64,000 bases of DNA from Chloroflexota bacterium (GCA_009838915.1 VXQT01000032.1:11016-75015); one strand, 5' to 3'. Counted from the first letter of the stretch, positions 17,618-26,901 are shown. Translations and numbers: made by a program. The notes: generated from the sequence alone by a model not told the origin.

Positions 17618-19336
17618 TCAGCTCCTTACCTGCGTCTCTGTGTCTCCGACTGCTAGCGGCGGCTGTCCTTCGGCTCCGTTGCGTCCGTCGCGCGGCCCAA
17701 TGGCCGTCTTCTGACCCCGGAACAGCGGCACCATCCCCGAGATCTCGTCCTCGATCGCGACCCGCACGACCCTGACGCCTTCCACAGCCTTACCAGCCGC
17801 TCGTTCGGCCACCCCGCGGACGCCGCGTTGACCGCCGAACAGCGAGAACAGGATCGCAGGCGACGCCGCCAACGCGGCTACGACCAGCGCCGCGCGGAAG
17901 CCTTGCATGACGGCCTCTCCGCTCTCCGCTGCGACTCCGTGGTCCAGTGCAAAGCTCGCGGCAACCGACGTCATGATCGCCACGCCCACCGACGTGCCGA
18001 ACGCGTTACCGAACGTGCGCGCCGTCGTCTGCGAGGCCGAGGCAGTGCCCAACCGCTCTGGAGGCACCGCCGACATGATCACCGACGTGTTGGGTGAGCT
18101 GAACGTCGAGGTGCCGATCCCCAGCAGCAGCATCCGCATGGCGAAGTCAACCGGCGAGGTGTCCGCGGTCGTGCGCGAGAGCAGGAAGAGCGCCAGGCAG
18201 ACAATCACCATCCCGGCAGTGGTCAATGGGCGAGAGCCGAAGCGGTCGGATAAGCGGCCCGAAATCGGCGACCAGAGCAGCATCATCAGTGACAGCGGCA
18301 TCATCATCATCGCCGTCTCAGTCGGGGAGAACCCGCGCCCTGCCTGCAGCACGATCGGCCCCAGAATGAACGTGAAACTCAGCCCGAAGAACTGCAGGAT
18401 CGCGGCCAGGATGCCAAATGAGAATCCGCGTCCCTTGAACAGACCCAGGTCGACCACCGGCGAGGGTGAGCGCCGCTCGACGATGATGAACCAGACCATG
18501 AAGACGAGTCCGGCGGCAATGACGACGGTGACGAGCGTCGACGTGATGCCGAGGTCCCGGGCCCGGTTGATGCCGAAGGTCAGACAAGCCAGCATCCCGA
18601 ACAGCAGGATCGCGCCGGGCACGTCCAGGCCCTTGGGACGCTGCTCGCTGGGCGCGTCGACCAACAGCCGCCAGGCGAGGACGGCGGCGATCAGGCCGAA
18701 CGGCACGCGCGTCCAGAAGATCGCCCGCCAGTCCAATAGGTCGATCAGCACTCCGCCAAGGATCGGTCCGGCCGCCGCGCCCGCGCCCACGGTCGAGACA
18801 ATCAGTCCCAGCCCGGTACCGCGCTTCGAGGGCGGGAACGCCGCCGTGATGATCGCCGCGCCGTTGGCCATCGTCATTGCGGCGCCGATCGCCTGCAGCA
18901 CCCGCGAGCCGACCAGCTCCTCCAGCGAGCCGGCGATCGAAGACAGGAGCGTCGCCACGGTGAAGAGAACGTAGCCCCAGGCGTAGAGCCTTTTGCGGCC
19001 GTAGAGGTCGCCCATCCGGCCCATCGTCAACGAGAGCCCGGTGCTGACCACGATGAACGCGAGCGCCACCCAGATCACGTCGTCCAGTGGCCGATCAAAC
19101 TCGGTCGTCAGCGTGTCCAGGGCGATGTTGGTGATCGTGTTGTCCATGACACCGAGAAAGGTGCCCACGCAGACCACAATCGCCGCCACCCAGTGATAGG
19201 GAATCGGCCCCAACGACGGACCCGTCACCAGAGGCCGGTCGTCACTTGCTCCACGATCGCTCGCCCGGCGCTGACGCTCCCCCCGTTGGGGGGAGCTGCC
19301 GAAGGCTGAGGGGGGCTCCCCGTTCCTCTGCGCCAT
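17618..19336 (-). CDS. MFS transporter, DHA2 (EmrB/QacA-like, 14-TMS) family
   Basis: MFS motif GRMGDLYGRKRLY and many TM segments. The N-terminal ~35 codons overlap GC-rich palindromic sequence (19270-19325), so the true start may be further downstream. Confidence 0.8.
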   Translation of the reverse strand: MAQRNGEPPSAFGSSPQRGERQRRASDRGASDDRPLVTGPSLGPIPYHWVAAIVVCVGTFLGVMDNTITNIALDTLTTEFDRPLDDVIWVALAFIVVSTGLSLTMGRMGDLYGRKRLYAWGYVLFTVATLLSSIAGSLEELVGSRVLQAIGAAMTMANGAAIITAAFPPSKRGTGLGLIVSTVGAGAAAGPILGGVLIDLLDWRAIFWTRVPFGLIAAVLAWRLLVDAPSEQRPKGLDVPGAILLFGMLACLTFGINRARDLGITSTLVTVVIAAGLVFMVWFIIVERRSPSPVVDLGLFKGRGFSFGILAAILQFFGLSFTFILGPIVLQAGRGFSPTETAMMMMPLSLMMLLWSPISGRLSDRFGSRPLTTAGMVIVCLALFLLSRTTADTSPVDFAMRMLLLGIGTSTFSSPNTSVIMSAVPPERLGTASASQTTARTFGNAFGTSVGVAIMTSVAASFALDHGVAAESGEAVMQGFRAALVVAALAASPAILFSLFGGQRGVRGVAERAAGKAVEGVRVVRVAIEDEISGMVPLFRGQKTAIGPRDGRNGAEGQPPLAVGDTETQVRS

Positions 19337-19447
19337 CGCCGCCTCTTCACCGACCCGCTGGAAGCCGTTCCGCGCGCGCCGCTCGGTCAGTTTAGATGGT
19401 CGATTCGGATGGACGAACTAACTTGGCCAACGCCGTAGACTCAGCGC

Positions 19448-20509
19448 ATGACCACCGCCGACACATACACCATCGCCGACGAACTCTCCGCCATCGACTA
19501 CTGCTACGAGCAGGGCTGGACCGACGGACTGCCCGTTGTGCCGCCGGCCCGCGAGCGGGTTGAGCGCTTCCTCATGGCCGCAGGCCGACCGCCTGAGGAG
19601 GTCGTCGCCCGGCACCCGGCCACGGGACGCGCGTGCAACGTGCAGTCGGCCGCGATCAACGCCGTCATGGCCGGCTGCCTGCCGCAATACTTCCCCACCG
19701 TGCTGGCCGCGCTCGAGGCGATGAACGAGGACGCCTACAACTTCCACGGATCGACCGCCAGCACCGGCGGCTCGACTCCCGTCGTGGTCGTCTCCGGTGA
19801 CATCCGCGACGAGATCGACATGAACGCGAGCGTCAACGTCTTCGGACCCGGTAACCGCGCCAACGCGACCATCGGCCGCGCAGTCCGGCTGATCATCATG
19901 AACGTCTTCCAGATGATCCCCGGCGTCTCCGACCGCTCGACCACCGGCTGGCCGGGCAAGTACGCCTGCTGCATCGCCGAGAACATCCTCAACAGCCCCT
20001 GGGAGCCGCTGCATGAGTCGCTGGGCTTCCCGCCGGAGGTCTCGACCGCGACCGTCTTCGCCGCCTCCGGCTTCTACAACATCGAGAATCACTACACCTC
20101 GAACCCCGAAGCGCTGCTCGACACCTTCGCCGACGCCATGGCCTCGCTGGGCGCGCTGACCGACGGACAGTCGTTGGTGGTGATGTCGCCGGAACACGCC
20201 GAGATCGCCGCGTCCGGCGGCATGTCGCGCCAGGATGTCCAGGCCTATCTCTTCGAGCACGCCGACCGCGATCGCGACACGATGGAGCGGATCGGCAAGT
20301 GGCCGGAAGGACAGCCGCTGGACGGTCTGGCCGAGCGCCCCTTCGACATGTCCGAGAACCGCTTCCACCGAGGCCGCAGCGCCGATGACATCCTCTTGGT
20401 TGTTGCCGGCGGCGAAGCGGGCGGGCACTCCGCCTTCCTGCCCTCCTGGAGCCGGGGCCGCAACTCGATCTACCAGACCAAGGCAATCGGCGTCTGCCTC
20501 GACTGCTAG
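19448..20509 (+). CDS. Conserved-looking hypothetical protein (353 aa), upstream of the UGSC selenoprotein candidate
   Basis: Protein-like composition (YCYEQGWTDGLPVVPP, GKYACCIAEN, C-terminal GVCLDC). No domain recognised. The antisense 382-aa ORF has a typical G/R/V/D-rich shadow composition. Confidence 0.6.
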   Translation: MTTADTYTIADELSAIDYCYEQGWTDGLPVVPPARERVERFLMAAGRPPEEVVARHPATGRACNVQSAAINAVMAGCLPQYFPTVLAALEAMNEDAYNFHGSTASTGGSTPVVVVSGDIRDEIDMNASVNVFGPGNRANATIGRAVRLIIMNVFQMIPGVSDRSTTGWPGKYACCIAENILNSPWEPLHESLGFPPEVSTATVFAASGFYNIENHYTSNPEALLDTFADAMASLGALTDGQSLVVMSPEHAEIAASGGMSRQDVQAYLFEHADRDRDTMERIGKWPEGQPLDGLAERPFDMSENRFHRGRSADDILLVVAGGEAGGHSAFLPSWSRGRNSIYQTKAIGVCLDC

Positions 20510-20520
20510 CCGCCGTTCAA

Positions 20521-20563
20521 TACCTCCCCCTCTGGGGGAGGTGTCACGAAGTGACGGAGGGGG
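20521..20563 (-). repeat. REP-like family 2 element (inverted copy of 7684-7727)
   Basis: TACCTCCCCCTCTGGGGGAGGTGTCACGAAGTGACGGAGGGGGC. Its 3' GGAGG lies about 10 nt upstream of ATG 20572. Confidence 0.8.
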
Positions 20564-20571
20564 CATCCACC

Positions 20572-21099
20572 ATGCCGCTGGAACTGCTCGACCCGACCGG
20601 TGAACCCGCGCCGACCGGATTCCGCGCCGCGCCGCGACTGACCGCGCTCGACAGTCTGCGCATCGGCCTGTTCTCCAACGGCAAGGTCAACGCCGACCGC
20701 CTGCTGCGCTATACCGCCGAGGTCTTCGAGCGCGAGGCCGGCTGCCGAGTCGCTGTCGACACGGGCAAACCTAACGCCAGCCGCATCGCCGAGCCGCAGG
20801 TGTTGGAACGGATCGCCAACGACGTCGACTTCCTGATCACAGCGGTCGGCGATTGAGGATCCTGTTCAACGTGCAGTGTGCACGACGGGATCAGTTTTGA
20901 GCAGACCGGCAAGCCCGGCCTCGTGCTCTGCACCCATCCGTTCGATCCCACCGGCCGAATGATCGCCAGAACCCTCGGCATGCCCGACTTCCAATACGCC
21001 CTCGTCGATCACCCCATCGGAAGCGCCGCCACCGAGGAACTGCAAGCCCGGGCCCTCGACGCCTACGAGCAGGGTCGGCGAATCCTCTTGGGCGCGTAG
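20572..21099 (+). CDS. Candidate selenoprotein, UGSC-motif family (in-frame TGA at 20854-20856 read as Sec)
   Basis: ORFs 20551-20856 and 20878-21099 share one frame and are separated only by a single TGA. Read-through gives ...DFLITAVGD-U-GSCSTCSVHDG... (UxxCxxC). A hairpin starts right after the TGA. The downstream piece has only a GTG start, and that GTG straddles the apical loop and descending arm of the hairpin. Confidence 0.6.
20857..20892 (+). promoter_or_regulatory. SECIS-like stem-loop immediately 3' of the in-frame UGA
   Basis: GAUCC (20858-62) pairs with GGAUC (20888-92). The upper stem is CGUGCA (20870-75) with UGCACG (20879-84), and the apical loop is GUG. The upper stem begins 13 nt after the UGA, and the GUGCA/UGCAC arms resemble the E. 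coli fdhF SECIS as I recall it. Confidence 0.5.
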
Positions 21100-21131
21100 A
21101 TTGAATCTTTCCTACTCGGGGATGTCCGCAT

Positions 21132-22286
21132 TCATTCCGGTCCCACCAACTCCCGACCGATAAGGATCCGGCGAATCTCCGATGTGCCCGCGCCGATCTC
21201 CAACAGCTTGGCGTCGCGGACGTAGCGGGCGACGCGGCTCTCGTTCATGTAGCCATAGCCACCGTGGATTTGCACCGCCTTGTCTGCGACCCGGCTGGAC
21301 ATCTCCGCCGAGTAGAGGATGGCGGCGGCCGCCTCTTTGTTGCTGCGCAAGCCCCGCGCGGCCGACTCCTCCACGACATGCGCCGTCCGATAGACCAGCC
21401 AGCGCGCCGCTTCCAGCTCGGTGTACATGTCCGCGAGCATCGCCTGGATGAGCTGGAAGTCGCCGATCCGCTGACCGAACTGCCTGCGGTTGCGGGCGTA
21501 CTCGACGGCCTCGTCCAACGCCGCCTGGGCGATGCCCAGCGGCTCGCCGGCGAGGAAGGCCCGCTCCACCGCCAGCCCCTGCATCATCACCCCGGCGCCC
21601 GCGCCCTCGCCGCGCAGCACGTTGGAAGCGGGCACGACGCAGTCTTCGAGGATTAACTCAGCGGTTGGCGAGCCGCGATGGCCGACCTTATCCAGCACCT
21701 GCCCCACGCTGAATCCTTCGAAGTCCGACTCGACGATGAATGCCGTCACGCCACGCGACCCGGCGTCGGGATCCGTCTTGGCGTAGAGCACCAGCGTGTC
21801 GGCGACCGACCCATTCGTGATGAACATCTTCGAGCCGTTGAGCCGGTAGACGTCGCCGTCGCGCACTGCCGTGGTGCGGATGCCCATCGCGTCCGACCCG
21901 GCCTCCGGCTCGGTCAGCGCCAGCGCCCCAATCTGCGTGCCGTCGCAGAGGCCGGGAAGGTACTGTCGCTTCTGCGCTTCCGAGCCGTTGGCGGCGAGGT
22001 TGTTCGCGCACAGGTTCGCGTGCGCTCCGTATGACAACGCCACCGACGCGCTGGCCCGGGCAATCTCCTCCGTCGCGATCACGCCGGCCAGCAGACCGGC
22101 ATTGGAACCGCCGTACTGTTCGTCAATCGTGACGCCGAGCAGTCCCAGTTCGCCCAGCATCGGCCACAAGTGCATGGGAAACTGATCGTGACGATCGATG
22201 TCATCAGCGATTGGATCAATCTCGGCGCGCACGAAGTCTCGTACGGTTTGTTGTACTAAACGTTGCGCCTCGTTAAGTTCAATCAT
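21132..22286 (-). CDS. Acyl-CoA dehydrogenase (isovaleryl-CoA dehydrogenase-like)
   Basis: LTEPEAGSD, QIHGGYGY and EIGAGTSEIRR motifs. Start taken at MIELNEAQ (ATG 22286), not the ORF-track start at 22421. Confidence 0.88.
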   Translation of the reverse strand: MIELNEAQRLVQQTVRDFVRAEIDPIADDIDRHDQFPMHLWPMLGELGLLGVTIDEQYGGSNAGLLAGVIATEEIARASASVALSYGAHANLCANNLAANGSEAQKRQYLPGLCDGTQIGALALTEPEAGSDAMGIRTTAVRDGDVYRLNGSKMFITNGSVADTLVLYAKTDPDAGSRGVTAFIVESDFEGFSVGQVLDKVGHRGSPTAELILEDCVVPASNVLRGEGAGAGVMMQGLAVERAFLAGEPLGIAQAALDEAVEYARNRRQFGQRIGDFQLIQAMLADMYTELEAARWLVYRTAHVVEESAARGLRSNKEAAAAILYSAEMSSRVADKAVQIHGGYGYMNESRVARYVRDAKLLEIGAGTSEIRRILIGRELVGPE

Positions 22287-22364
22287 GTTTATATGTCCCT
22301 GAGTCGCGAATCGCCTGCCCGATTCGTCCTGAGCATACATCCGCACCGCTGATAGAATCGGCGC

Positions 22365-22874
22365 ATGATCAGCGCTTCCGACCGCACTTCTCGATTCCAG
22401 GAGTCCCTGGTCGCTGCCCAAGGCGAGATCGCCTATCTCGACTCATGGGACGAACTCTGGGACTTCGCCGCATCACTCGGCGACGACACGCCGGTAGTTT
22501 CACCCGCCGCTCATGGGTTCCTGCGGCGCGGCGACCTACCCGACGCCGAAGACCCGCTGCGCTCGATCGCCGACCGCTCAGTCGGCATCACGGTCGCGGC
22601 GCTCGGCGTTGCCGAGACCGGCTCGCTGTTGCTTGTCGAACGAGCGCCGGTAGACCGCGCCGTGTCTCTTCTCACCCGCCACCTGGTGATCGCCGTCGGT
22701 CAGGACGACATCGTCGATGAACTCGCCGAGGGATTCCGCTGGCTCGCCGATCAGCCGCGAGCCGCCGCCTACGCGACCTTCGTCACCGGGCCGTCGCGCA
22801 CTGCGGACATCGAGCGATCGCTAACCATCGGCGTGCAGGGACCGAGTCGGCTGACGGCGGCGGTGCTGACATGA
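22365..22874 (+). CDS. lutC: LutC-like lactate utilisation protein (LUD domain)
   Basis: 169 aa. GVAETGSLLL and LVIAVGQDDIV are typical of LutC/YkgG. ATGA overlap with the next gene. Confidence 0.7.
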   Translation: MISASDRTSRFQESLVAAQGEIAYLDSWDELWDFAASLGDDTPVVSPAAHGFLRRGDLPDAEDPLRSIADRSVGITVAALGVAETGSLLLVERAPVDRAVSLLTRHLVIAVGQDDIVDELAEGFRWLADQPRAAAYATFVTGPSRTADIERSLTIGVQGPSRLTAAVLT

Positions 22875-25042
22875 TCGCCGAGTTCACGGAGCGCTATCGA
22901 CGCGCCGTCAACGATCCCGATCTGCGCCCGCGCCTGCTCGCCTTTCAGCGCTCCTGGCGCGAGAGCCGAGACGCCCAGGTCGCCTTGCTCGAGCAACGAA
23001 CCGAGCGCTCGTTCGACGAGCTGCGCCGCGACTTCGCCGAGGTCAAGGATGCCACACTCGATCGGATCGACGACTACATCGCCGAGTTCCGCGCCAACGC
23101 CGAAGCGGCGGGCGCAACGGTCGTCGAACTGACCACGGCCGAAGAGGCGGTCGAGTATATCGCGGGCGTTTGTAAGGCGCGCGGCATCGACCTGGTGGTC
23201 AAGAGCAAGTCGATGGTCTCGGAAGAGATCGAGCTGAACGATGAACTCGCCGAGCGCGGGATCACGGCAATCGAGACCGACCTCGGCGAGTGGCTGCTAC
23301 AACTCGCCGAGCAGCGGCCGTCGCACCTGGTCATGCCTGCGATTCACCAGAAGCGGCAATACGTGGCCGAGATTCTCGGCGAAGAACTGGGCCGCGAATT
23401 CGATCCGGATGACATCCCGGCCATGGTCGCCAGCGCCCGCGAGGGCCTGCGCCGTCACTACCTCGCCGCCGGCACGGGGCTGACCGGCGCGAATGCGCTC
23501 GTCGCCGAGACCGGCAGCATCATGGTCGTCACCAACGAGGGCAATATGCGACTCGCCACGTCGTTGCCCGACGTGCACTTCGTCACCGCCGGGATCGAGA
23601 AGCTGATCCCCACCTGGGCTGACGCCGAGCGTCAGCTCCAACTGCTGCCGCGTTCGGCTACGGCACAGACGCTGAGCACCTACACAACCTGCATCACCGG
23701 CGCCCAACCGGGCAAGGAGATGCACATCATCCTGCTCGACAACGGCCGCCGCGAGATGCGACTCGACGACACGATCGGAGCGGCGCTGCGCTGCATCCGC
23801 TGCGGCGCGTGCGCCAACGTCTGCCCGCCCTACCAGGTCGTCGGCGGGCACACCTTCGGCCACATCTACACGGGCGCGATCGGCCTCGTGAATACCGCCT
23901 TCCATCACGACGTCGAGGCCGCCGCCGGTCCACAGGGGCTGTGCGTCTCCTGCGGCGCGTGCGAGACGGTCTGTCCCGTCGCCATCCCGCTGCCCAGGCA
24001 GATCCTCCAGATCCGCAGACGGACCACGGAATCGGGCCACGCGCCGCGCTGGGAACGCTGGCTGCTGCGAGCCTGGTCGGCGCCGCAACTCTTCCGCGCC
24101 GCAATGAAGCTGGGCGCGGTTGCCTCGACTCTTGCCCGCGCCGTGGGATTGGTGCGTCGCGACCACATTCGTCTGCCCTTGCCCCGCCGCCTGAACTGGC
24201 GGTCCATTCCCGCCATTCCCAGCCAGACCGGCAGCGACCTGATTGACAACCGGCAGCCGCAGCCGACCCTCGAGTCAACGCCCGCTTCCGGCACCACGGT
24301 CGACTTGTTCGCGCAGTGCCTCGCCAATCGTCTGATGCCCGACACGGTCGACGCCTCCGCTCGGCTGATCGAAGCGGGCGGCGCGAACGTCAACGTCCCG
24401 CCCAACCAACACTGCTGCGGCCTGCCCGCCTTCGACGCCGGCGACTGGGAGACTGCCCGTCGGATGGCCCGCGCCGCCATCGATGCGCTCAGCCGCGCGG
24501 ACCACCGGATCGTCACGCCCGCGACCAGTTGCGTGATCTCGATGCGTGACCACTGGCCGCAACTCTTCCGCGACGAACCCCAAACTCTGTCTCGCGCCAA
24601 CGCGGTCGCGGATCGCGTCCACGACCTTGCCGCCTGGCTGGACGGCCCCGGCCGGCTGCCCGACGGCTGCCTGGAGCAGGAGGAATCGGGCTCGTGGACG
24701 GCGCACCGATTCTGCCAATCGTCCAATCGCGGCGAACCAGGGGCGCGCATCGACCTGCTCGTGGAGCGGCTGACGGGCGAGACTTCATTGCCGTTGGAGG
24801 AAGCGGAGGTCTGTTGCGGATTCGGCGGGCTCACCTCGATCGCCGCGCCCGAGGTCGGCGAGGGCATCATCGAGCGCAAGCTCGAGTGCATCATGGCGAG
24901 CGGTTGCGAAACGCTGCTGACCAACAATCCCGGCTGCGCCCTGCATCTGCGAGCCGGCGCAGTGGCCCGCGGAGCATCGCACAACACGCAGCACTACGCC
25001 GACTTCCTCGCCTCCCGCCTGCCCGACGATCCGCCAAGCTGA
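22871..25042 (+). CDS. LutB-LutA fusion: LUD-domain 4Fe-4S protein fused to a CCG-domain (Fe-S) oxidoreductase
   Basis: The N-terminal ~440 aa are LutB-like (AETGSIMVVTNEGN, CIRCGACANVCP, CVSCGACETVCP). The C-terminal ~270 aa are LutA/GlcF-like with two CCG motifs (HCCGLPAF, VCCGFGG). Confidence 0.8.
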   Translation: MIAEFTERYRRAVNDPDLRPRLLAFQRSWRESRDAQVALLEQRTERSFDELRRDFAEVKDATLDRIDDYIAEFRANAEAAGATVVELTTAEEAVEYIAGVCKARGIDLVVKSKSMVSEEIELNDELAERGITAIETDLGEWLLQLAEQRPSHLVMPAIHQKRQYVAEILGEELGREFDPDDIPAMVASAREGLRRHYLAAGTGLTGANALVAETGSIMVVTNEGNMRLATSLPDVHFVTAGIEKLIPTWADAERQLQLLPRSATAQTLSTYTTCITGAQPGKEMHIILLDNGRREMRLDDTIGAALRCIRCGACANVCPPYQVVGGHTFGHIYTGAIGLVNTAFHHDVEAAAGPQGLCVSCGACETVCPVAIPLPRQILQIRRRTTESGHAPRWERWLLRAWSAPQLFRAAMKLGAVASTLARAVGLVRRDHIRLPLPRRLNWRSIPAIPSQTGSDLIDNRQPQPTLESTPASGTTVDLFAQCLANRLMPDTVDASARLIEAGGANVNVPPNQHCCGLPAFDAGDWETARRMARAAIDALSRADHRIVTPATSCVISMRDHWPQLFRDEPQTLSRANAVADRVHDLAAWLDGPGRLPDGCLEQEESGSWTAHRFCQSSNRGEPGARIDLLVERLTGETSLPLEEAEVCCGFGGLTSIAAPEVGEGIIERKLECIMASGCETLLTNNPGCALHLRAGAVARGASHNTQHYADFLASRLPDDPPS

Positions 25043-25050
25043 GGTCAGCC

Positions 25051-25965
25051 ATGCCTACCGTGATCGATGTCCACGTCCACCTCTGCCGCACCGCACAACA
25101 GGAGGCGATCGTCTTCCCGCGCCCGGGCCTCCCGCTCGAGTGGCGCTGGGCCAACGGCGATGCCTGCGGCGAGTACATGACCCGTAACGATGTCGAAGCC
25201 ATAGTCGGGCTCAACTACATGGTCGTGCCAGAGATGTTCGAGCAGCAACGCGCCCGCCGACCCGAGGCATCGGATGGGGAGATCCACGAGATGCTGCGCC
25301 AACGCGTACGCGACTTCAACACCTGGACCTTGGAACGGCAGGCCGAGGATCCGCGCCTTCGCACCTTCCTCTGCTGCGACATCGGCACCTGGGGCGAGAC
25401 CGAGCCATTGATGGAAGAACTGGAGCGCGGTGTCGCGATGGGCGCGCGAGGCGTCAAGATGCACCCTGGCCTGGGCCGCTACTTCCCCTCCGACGAGCGG
25501 ATGATGCCGCTCTACGCACGGCTGGAAGAGCTGGGCCTGCCGATCCTCAGCGACACGGGGGCGCTGCGCGGCGGACCCGGCGACGACGTCTACGGCATGC
25601 CCGACCACTTCATTCCCGTCTTCGAGCGATTCCCCCGCCTACAGTTCATCATGGCCCACATGCCCGGCGCCTACTGGGATCAGCGCATCCGCATCGCCGA
25701 CCGCTTCCCCCAGGTCATCTTCGACACCGCCGGGGGCTTCGACGACGGTCACTTCACCTGCCGCGACGGCCGACGCGCCTGCGCGCTGGAAGACGCCGCC
25801 CGCCTGATCCGGCGCCTGGGCGTCGAGCGAGTCCTGTTCGGTTCAGACGCTCCCGGCGCGGACCAGCAACCCCAGGTCCTGCAACTCCTGCGCTCCGGCC
25901 TCACCGACCGGGAGCTGGACCAGGTCCTCGCCGAGAACGCGCGACCCGTGCTGGGTCTGAACTGA
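25051..25965 (+). CDS. Amidohydrolase-2 family metal-dependent hydrolase
   Basis: MPTVIDVHVHL start (HxH metal motif), internal GVKMHP, and later MAHMPG and FGSDAP. The ORF-track start at 24694 lies inside the upstream gene, so I trimmed to ATG 25051. Confidence 0.75.
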   Translation: MPTVIDVHVHLCRTAQQEAIVFPRPGLPLEWRWANGDACGEYMTRNDVEAIVGLNYMVVPEMFEQQRARRPEASDGEIHEMLRQRVRDFNTWTLERQAEDPRLRTFLCCDIGTWGETEPLMEELERGVAMGARGVKMHPGLGRYFPSDERMMPLYARLEELGLPILSDTGALRGGPGDDVYGMPDHFIPVFERFPRLQFIMAHMPGAYWDQRIRIADRFPQVIFDTAGGFDDGHFTCRDGRRACALEDAARLIRRLGVERVLFGSDAPGADQQPQVLQLLRSGLTDRELDQVLAENARPVLGLN

Positions 25966-25977
25966 CCGTGCCGCCTG

Positions 25978-26901
25978 CTATGACAGATGCGCCTGCAGGA
26001 AGTCAATCTCAGCCGCCTGATACGCGTTGTCGCCGTCACTCAGCGCCAACAGATGCCATCCTCGTTCGACCGTGAACAGTTCAGCCCCGGGGATTGTGTT
26101 CGCCGCGTGCTCCGCGTGGGCGAACGGGACGTCGCCGTCGTGTGTGCCGTGCACCACTAGCGTCGGGCATTGGACCTGGTCGAGAGGAAGCCGGTCGGCG
26201 GACTCGAACTGTTCCATGTCGTTCTCGAACCCGGCCCGTAGCCTTCCGAACGGGGGACCGTCAAACAGTTGGTGCAAGATATCCATTTTCTCCGGGTCGG
26301 CAATCACGTTGGCGGTGATCCGCATGACATCCGCCGAGTCCAGGGTGCTTTCCATCTTGACCATCTGTCCGACCGCGAGGCGAGGTGTGCGCCGCAAGAG
26401 CTTCCCCTGGGCCCAGAACGCCAATGAACTCATCGCCAACGCCACGGTCAGCCGTGACACTTGCGGCCGATACGCGCTCGAGATCGCCACTTCCAGGATC
26501 AATCCCTTGACGCGCTGCGGGTGCCGAGCGGCAAACTCAATGCTGCTCGGTCCGCCACCGGAGATCCCGTAAGCGGCGACCTGATCAATCTCGAGCTCAT
26601 CGAGTAGCGCGGCCGCCGCATCAGCCTGATCGGCAAACGTGCGACCCGTCTCGAGCGGCGTGCGCAGATATCCCGGCCGCGACGGCGTGATCGTCCCGAA
26701 CCCCGCCGCCCTCAGCGGTTCGCCGAAGTAGCTCGCGTGATGCCCCTGCGGCGTGCCGTGGAAGATCAGCACGTACGGCGCGTCGCCGTGTCGGGCGAAC
26801 TCGACAGGACCGCGCGGCGTCTCGATCACTTCGGAGGCCGCGTTCAGCGCAGCAAGCCTGTTCGCTCCAGGAGCCTTCAATCCGAACGGCATGAATAGCA
26901 A
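25978..26901 (-). CDS. Alpha/beta hydrolase
   Basis: Nucleophile elbow GISGGG, HG oxyanion region (IFHGTPQGHH), and C-terminal VVHGTHDGDVP. Confidence 0.75.
   Translation of the reverse strand: MLFMPFGLKAPGANRLAALNAASEVIETPRGPVEFARHGDAPYVLIFHGTPQGHHASYFGEPLRAAGFGTITPSRPGYLRTPLETGRTFADQADAAAALLDELEIDQVAAYGISGGGPSSIEFAARHPQRVKGLILEVAISSAYRPQVSRLTVALAMSSLAFWAQGKLLRRTPRLAVGQMVKMESTLDSADVMRITANVIADPEKMDILHQLFDGPPFGRLRAGFENDMEQFESADRLPLDQVQCPTLVVHGTHDGDVPFAHAEHAANTIPGAELFTVERGWHLLALSDGDNAYQAAEIDFLQAHLS

Noticed and set aside
19418-20566. 382-aa minus-strand ORF opposite the 353-aa hypothetical gene
   Set aside because: Neither strand has a recognised domain. However, the minus frame has the G/R/V/D/A/H-heavy shadow composition and runs through the REP element, whereas the plus frame has a balanced protein-like composition including W/Y/C/N/F/M.
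20878-21099. Independent 73-aa gene starting at GTG 20878
   Set aside because: The GTG straddles the apical loop and descending arm of the hairpin that follows the TGA, and there is no SD. The frame is continuous with the upstream ORF apart from one TGA that sits in a UxxCxxC motif, so a single recoded gene is more parsimonious. It remains possible if the genome lacks Sec machinery.
24694-25050. N-terminal extension of the amidohydrolase ORF
   Set aside because: It lies wholly inside the LutB-LutA gene in another frame, and the sequence is Arg-rich. ATG 25051 gives the canonical HxH start of amidohydrolases.
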